Of a stretch of 64,000 nucleotides of DNA, positions 59,215 through 64,000 are shown piece by piece (position 1 is the first letter of the stretch; each line of letters opens with the position of its first letter). A program made the position numbers and the translations under genes. The notes beneath the pieces are model-generated. The model was not told the DNA's origin, made no database searches, and saw nothing but the letters and a program-made list of their open reading frames with translations. The stretch is from an uncultured Gammaproteobacteria bacterium (GTDB lineage: Bacteria; Patescibacteriota; Patescibacteriia; UBA9934): NCBI GenBank assembly GCA_964452565.1, contig CAYVLY010000002.1, forward strand, positions 119,166 to 183,165, in the 5' to 3' direction.

Positions 59215-61839
59215 ATGGCTCGCAAAAGGCGACAATCAAAGAACTTGAAAAAGGCACAACCGCAAGTGTCCAAGCTTTATGATGATGCGCTTCCAGTTTC
59301 CCTGCAGAATCGTGGGATATCTGATGCGTTGCGGCCTGGGATACGCGTGCACTCGTCAGACACAGCGCCTGTGTCACCTTATGTGATTGAGTTGTCTCGA
59401 CAGGAAAAGCGAGAACAAGCAAAAGAAACCACTGAACAAAAAATTGAAGAACTTGCAGCTCAACTGGCTCAAATAAATGAATTTGATCAAATAGATACTG
59501 CAGTGCCAGTAGTAGCATCCCTTGAGTTGTCTTCTGGGGAACTTGCCGGACAGCTTCGCGAGCCTGAAAGAATCATTGGAAAAATTCAAATCAAAGAATC
59601 AGTTGAATCAACTACGCATGTAAGTGAGCTTCCAGAGATTGAGGTTGACTCTCCAGATGTTTGGAGTGTGATCGAACAAGTGGATCCTTCGTCATCTTCG
59701 ATTCCTCAGGATGACGAACTTACTTGTCATTCTGAGCGCAGCGAAGAATCTACTCAGGACGAGATTAACCACGAATCCCACAAAGTATTAAGTTCTGAGA
59801 CACTTGTAGAGCGCTTCTCGAGAATTCACTTGCTTTTACCAAAACAAGCACGTCACCGTGCCATGGCAGCATTTTTGGTTATCTCATTCATCCTTGTAAT
59901 GCCATTACATGCCATGCAAGGCATAATAGATAGTACGTCCATTGAGTCAGAGATCACCCGCATTAGCTCACAGGCGATAACTGAGATCGAGAGTGCAACT
60001 AGTTCTGCTCAGGCGCAAAAGTTTGGAACTGCAAGCTTAGACTTTGAGCGTGCAGCTGAAAGTTTTGAAGAAGCAGAGCAATCACTTAAAAACATGCACC
60101 TAGCCGCGACTGCTCTCGTAAACATCATTCCTCAAACAGATAACACATACGACACGGTTCAAGGTTTAGTGCGTGCAGGAGCATCACTTTCAACTGCTGC
60201 AGCCCAAATCAGCTCCGCAATTGAACAGCTTACAGATGCTGACTCTTACGACCTTGTTACCAAGCTGGAGCTTCTAACAACTTATGTTAATGCTGCGCTT
60301 CCAGAAGTGGTAGAAGCGAATAAGGCGCTCGGCGAAGTTGATCTAACACTGATACCTGCAGATTACATCGATAAAATCACAATGCTTTTGGATACCGCGC
60401 CGTCACTTGAGGCGTCGATGAACGAATTCTTACAATTCTCAGGAACTCTTCAGGTACTACTTGGTGGAGACCAAAAGATGCGCTACCTACTTGCATTCCA
60501 AAATAACACAGAGCTTAGAGCTACTGGAGGATTTGTGGGAAGCTTTGCACAAGTCGACATGCTAAATGGTGTAATTGAGGAAATCGACATTCCTGAAGGT
60601 GGTACTTATGACGTTCAAGGTCAACTTGATGAGTACATCGCGCCACCAGAGCCACTTACACTTCTAAATAGCCGTTGGGAATTGCAAGACGCCAACTGGT
60701 TCCCTGACTTCCCAAGCTCAGCCCAGAAAATGCTTGGATTCTACGAAAGCGCCGGTGGCCCAACACTTGATGGTGTTATAGCAATCAATGCGACCCTAAT
60801 GCCAAAGTTGCTTGAAATCACTGGGCCGATTGAAATGCCTGAATATGATCGAACGATTACAGCTGAGAACTTCTTATTTGAAACTCAGAAGATTGTTGAA
60901 TACGAATATATAGAGTACGAGGATGATGCAGAGCGCGAGGAAGACGCTCCAAAGCAATTCATTGGCGACTTAGCGCCAAAAATCTTAGAACGGCTTAGTG
61001 AAGCAGAGCCTGAGATGCTTTTGCAGGTTCTAGACTTACTTGCAACCTCGCTCACGCAAAAGGACATGATAATCTACATGCAGGACAATGAACTGCAAAG
61101 CGATATTGAGACACTGGGTTGGTCAGGGTCGCTCAAACAAACAGATGGCGACTATCTCATGGTTGTGAACACAAACCTTGGTGGTGGAAAAACCGATACA
61201 GTGATTAAACAAGACATCCAACTTGATGTTGAGATCGCAGAAGATGGGTCAATCATAAATACAGTCACAATCACAAAAGAACACACAGGACTTAGCACAG
61301 CTCTATTTGAAGGTGTAAACAATGTTGATTACATACGGCTATACGTGCCACTTGGAAGTGAGCTTTTGAGTGCAAGTGGCTTTGAGATCCCAGATGATGA
61401 ACTTTTTGAAGAGTCTGAGGTCCCTCTACAAGCTGATGAGGACATGCTTATGTGGACATCTGACTTTGCTATGGATATGAACTCTGGAACTGATATTTGG
61501 GCAGAGCAAGGTAAAACAGTATTTGGAAACTGGATTCAAACAAAGCCAGGTGAGATTGAAACTGTTACATTTAGCTACAAGCTACCATTTGCTTTTGAAG
61601 AATCTGGAGACTCGATTCTTGAAATGGCAAAGGCTTATCTTGGGATCAAACAGCTAAACGAATATTCGCTACTGTTACAAAAGCAGCCTGGAGTGGAAAC
61701 TCGCACAACAGACATTAATGTATTTGGACCAAGTAACCACAATATTATCTGGAGCTCACATAATGAACTAACTACTTCTGGAACTCAGATTGATAATTCT
61801 CAAGATCACTTCTTCTCTACCCTGTTCGAACAACGATAA
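59215..61839 (+). CDS. DUF4012-domain membrane protein
   Basis: YLLAFQNNTELRATGGFVGSF, QDANWFPDFP.SA, LLQKQPG. Confidence 0.88.
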   Translation: MARKRRQSKNLKKAQPQVSKLYDDALPVSLQNRGISDALRPGIRVHSSDTAPVSPYVIELSRQEKREQAKETTEQKIEELAAQLAQINEFDQIDTAVPVVASLELSSGELAGQLREPERIIGKIQIKESVESTTHVSELPEIEVDSPDVWSVIEQVDPSSSSIPQDDELTCHSERSEESTQDEINHESHKVLSSETLVERFSRIHLLLPKQARHRAMAAFLVISFILVMPLHAMQGIIDSTSIESEITRISSQAITEIESATSSAQAQKFGTASLDFERAAESFEEAEQSLKNMHLAATALVNIIPQTDNTYDTVQGLVRAGASLSTAAAQISSAIEQLTDADSYDLVTKLELLTTYVNAALPEVVEANKALGEVDLTLIPADYIDKITMLLDTAPSLEASMNEFLQFSGTLQVLLGGDQKMRYLLAFQNNTELRATGGFVGSFAQVDMLNGVIEEIDIPEGGTYDVQGQLDEYIAPPEPLTLLNSRWELQDANWFPDFPSSAQKMLGFYESAGGPTLDGVIAINATLMPKLLEITGPIEMPEYDRTITAENFLFETQKIVEYEYIEYEDDAEREEDAPKQFIGDLAPKILERLSEAEPEMLLQVLDLLATSLTQKDMIIYMQDNELQSDIETLGWSGSLKQTDGDYLMVVNTNLGGGKTDTVIKQDIQLDVEIAEDGSIINTVTITKEHTGLSTALFEGVNNVDYIRLYVPLGSELLSASGFEIPDDELFEESEVPLQADEDMLMWTSDFAMDMNSGTDIWAEQGKTVFGNWIQTKPGEIETVTFSYKLPFAFEESGDSILEMAKAYLGIKQLNEYSLLLQKQPGVETRTTDINVFGPSNHNIIWSSHNELTTSGTQIDNSQDHFFSTLFEQR

Positions 61840-61844
61840 GCAAA

Positions 61845-61929
61845 AACCCCCTCCATCTCCCCCTTCGAAAGGGGGAGGGTCTAGGTCGAAATCAAGCCCC
61901 CTCCTTACGAAGGAGGGGATGGGGGAGGT
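61845..61929. repeat. CCCCTCC/GGAGGGG-type palindromic intergenic element
   Basis: Nested hairpins CCCCCTTCGAAAGGGGG and CCCCTCCTTACGAAGGAGGGG. Confidence 0.7.
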
Positions 61930-61957
61930 CCATAAGAACTCGATCGGATACAAACAT

Positions 61958-63883
61958 ATGACACCGAAGGAATCCAAGAAAAAAACAAAAAAACACTCGT
62001 CAAAAGCGCATGAAAAAAAGCATGCGCCTCATGAGCCTCACACAGACAGAACACAGAAGCATGAAAAAACTCATGAGCATATAAAGCATGAGCGGCACCC
62101 ACATAAGGAAGATAAGGAGCTCATGATGGATGAGGGGCTGGAAGCAATCTATGGCGACGGTGCAATCGACTTTGAAAAACTAGACCGTGGCGGAAATCGA
62201 CTTACGAAAATCCTCATCGCAGCTGTAATCGTTTTAGCAGTCCTTGCCGTAACTGCTTGGGCTGGGTTTTTTGTCTATACCAAGTTCTTCGAGGTGTCGC
62301 ATGATAAAAACTTTGAACTTGAAATTCTAATGGATGAAGAGCTAACCAGTGGGCAGACAACGCAGATCGAAATTCAATACGCAAACCCAACCACTGTCCC
62401 GATTGCTTCACTTGAGCTTGACGTAAACCTCCCTTCCACATTCCGTGTCTACTCGTTTAGCGAAGATCCAACAAACCTGGATGACCTGATTTGGGAGATG
62501 GGTTCCCTACCTGGAATCACCGACAACATAATAACTATTGAGGGTGTGTGGGTCGCAGAAGCTCCGTCTGAGACTCCTGTGCAGGTCTATGCGAACTACA
62601 AGCCCGGGAACTTTAACTCTACTTTTGAAGATATTGCCGTTGTATACGTCACAACACTTGAGAGCACACTGACAGCGCTCATCGAGGGCCCTGAGGAAGC
62701 ATCTGCTGGTGAAACACTTGATTACACACTAAGTGTTGAAAATATTGGCGATGAGCCGTTTGAGGACTTGCAGGTGAGTGTTGATCTGCCACAGGGATTT
62801 TACCTTGAAGATAGCGATCCCGAACTTGAAGCAGGTGGCCCTGCAGAGTGGGATATTGACTTTATTGATGCAAAGGAAATAATCGAAATTAGTTTCTCTG
62901 GAACTTTTGCTTCTAACATCGAAGGCTTCCAGTACTTTGATGCTTCTGTCGATTTGGTGACTGAAACACGAGAGATTGAGCAATCTAGCGCACAAGCATA
63001 CACTGATGTCCTACAAAACGATATTAGTGTGCAGCTGGTTGCCAATGGAGTAACCGATGAAACTAGTGTGGACGTCGACAGTAACCTGCGAATCAGCATC
63101 GGACTTGAGAATACTGAAGATACTCCAATCGAGGATCTGTCAGTGCTGCTCGACTTCCAATCTGATGACTCAATCCCGATTGGATGGAGCAACTCTACAC
63201 TTGATAGCGGAACAATAACAAGCGATGGGATCTACTGGACTCTGGATTCGATTGAGCCGGGTGAGAAGATCCTTATTAATACTTCGTTCCCAATAGACTC
63301 TGAGCTTGGAGTGGGCGACGCTGATACATTCCAGGTTGTAGCGTCATCGACCTATGAAGGACGTAAGGTGCTATCATCTCCGATGAGTATTTTGATAAAT
63401 TCAGAAGCAGATTTACAAACATCTATCCGATACTACGAGGATAGCGGTGCAGTGCTTGGAAACGGACCCCTACCGCCACAGGTTGATCAAACCACTACAT
63501 ACAGCGTGATATGGACGATCGACAATAGTCTGCATGATCTTGAAGATGTTACTGTGAGCGCAGATCTTCCCCCACATGTGAGTTGGGCTGGGAACGCAAC
63601 ACATGACCTAGGATCGATAAACTATAATGGCTCTGAACATAGCGTTGCATGGACAGTTGATTCGCTGACGTCTGATCTTTCTAGCATTGAAGGACGGTTC
63701 TCAATTTCGATTACCCCAGATTCTGGTGATGTTGGATCGTTTGTGAAGTTGATCTCTGGATCTGAACTAAAAGCAACTGACTCATCCACTGGCGAATCGC
63801 TGACTAGCTCGACTGATTCACTAACAACCGATCTGGTAGATGATATGTACGCTATTGTAGAGGGAGGGGTTGTTATTGAGTAA
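61958..63883 (+). CDS. CPR membrane-anchored multi-Ig-like (DUF11-like) protein
   Basis: His/Lys-rich N-terminus, single TM, repeated beta-sandwich motifs, GPLPPQV..TTTY. Confidence 0.8.
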   Translation: MTPKESKKKTKKHSSKAHEKKHAPHEPHTDRTQKHEKTHEHIKHERHPHKEDKELMMDEGLEAIYGDGAIDFEKLDRGGNRLTKILIAAVIVLAVLAVTAWAGFFVYTKFFEVSHDKNFELEILMDEELTSGQTTQIEIQYANPTTVPIASLELDVNLPSTFRVYSFSEDPTNLDDLIWEMGSLPGITDNIITIEGVWVAEAPSETPVQVYANYKPGNFNSTFEDIAVVYVTTLESTLTALIEGPEEASAGETLDYTLSVENIGDEPFEDLQVSVDLPQGFYLEDSDPELEAGGPAEWDIDFIDAKEIIEISFSGTFASNIEGFQYFDASVDLVTETREIEQSSAQAYTDVLQNDISVQLVANGVTDETSVDVDSNLRISIGLENTEDTPIEDLSVLLDFQSDDSIPIGWSNSTLDSGTITSDGIYWTLDSIEPGEKILINTSFPIDSELGVGDADTFQVVASSTYEGRKVLSSPMSILINSEADLQTSIRYYEDSGAVLGNGPLPPQVDQTTTYSVIWTIDNSLHDLEDVTVSADLPPHVSWAGNATHDLGSINYNGSEHSVAWTVDSLTSDLSSIEGRFSISITPDSGDVGSFVKLISGSELKATDSSTGESLTSSTDSLTTDLVDDMYAIVEGGVVIE

Positions 63884-64000
63884 TAATAACCAAAGGGACC
63901 AAAGAAACCCGTAGCCAGATAAAGACCGATCCGTATAATTATCCATCCCGAGCGTAGCCCGGCAACTGCCGGGCGTAGTCGAGGGATCTCTCGACTCCCC

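Overview
The window has two very different halves joined about 60-130 bp from the 3' end of a tRNA-Val(GAC) gene (36061-36137). The left part (1 to ~35990) is a visibly GC-rich integrative/conjugative-type element. It carries a leading-region-like block (single-strand-annealing-like protein, orphan DNA methyltransferase, XRE regulator, two nuclease-dead RuvC-like proteins, zinc-ribbon mini-proteins, DUF932) and an unusual transfer operon (SprT-like protease, membrane-VWA protein, VirD4-like ATPase, with two Replic_Relax-family relaxases in the element). It also carries xis-int next to an intact attP-type site (tRNA-Pro 3' half with arm repeats on both sides) and defence cargo (R-M fusion, HsdS, HNH, DUF3800, and a metallophosphoesterase interrupted by an IS with 16-bp IRs and an 8-bp TSD). 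The right part (~36000-64000) is AT-richer and looks like a Patescibacteria (CPR) chromosome: rluD, cmk, rplS, uvrA, pilin-like, secG, oppA-like, rnj, trpS, rnpB, a glycosyltransferase cluster and DUF4012, with REP-like repeats. The most striking unexplained signal is a 22-bp palindrome GGTGTTTCAGGCCTGAAACACC (parS half-sites with a 2-bp longer spacer), present in 3 perfect copies and 1 variant. One copy lies directly upstream of a CTPase-less ParB-like HTH gene that itself contains an in-register relic of the palindrome. All family assignments come from motif recognition by eye; no database searches were run.
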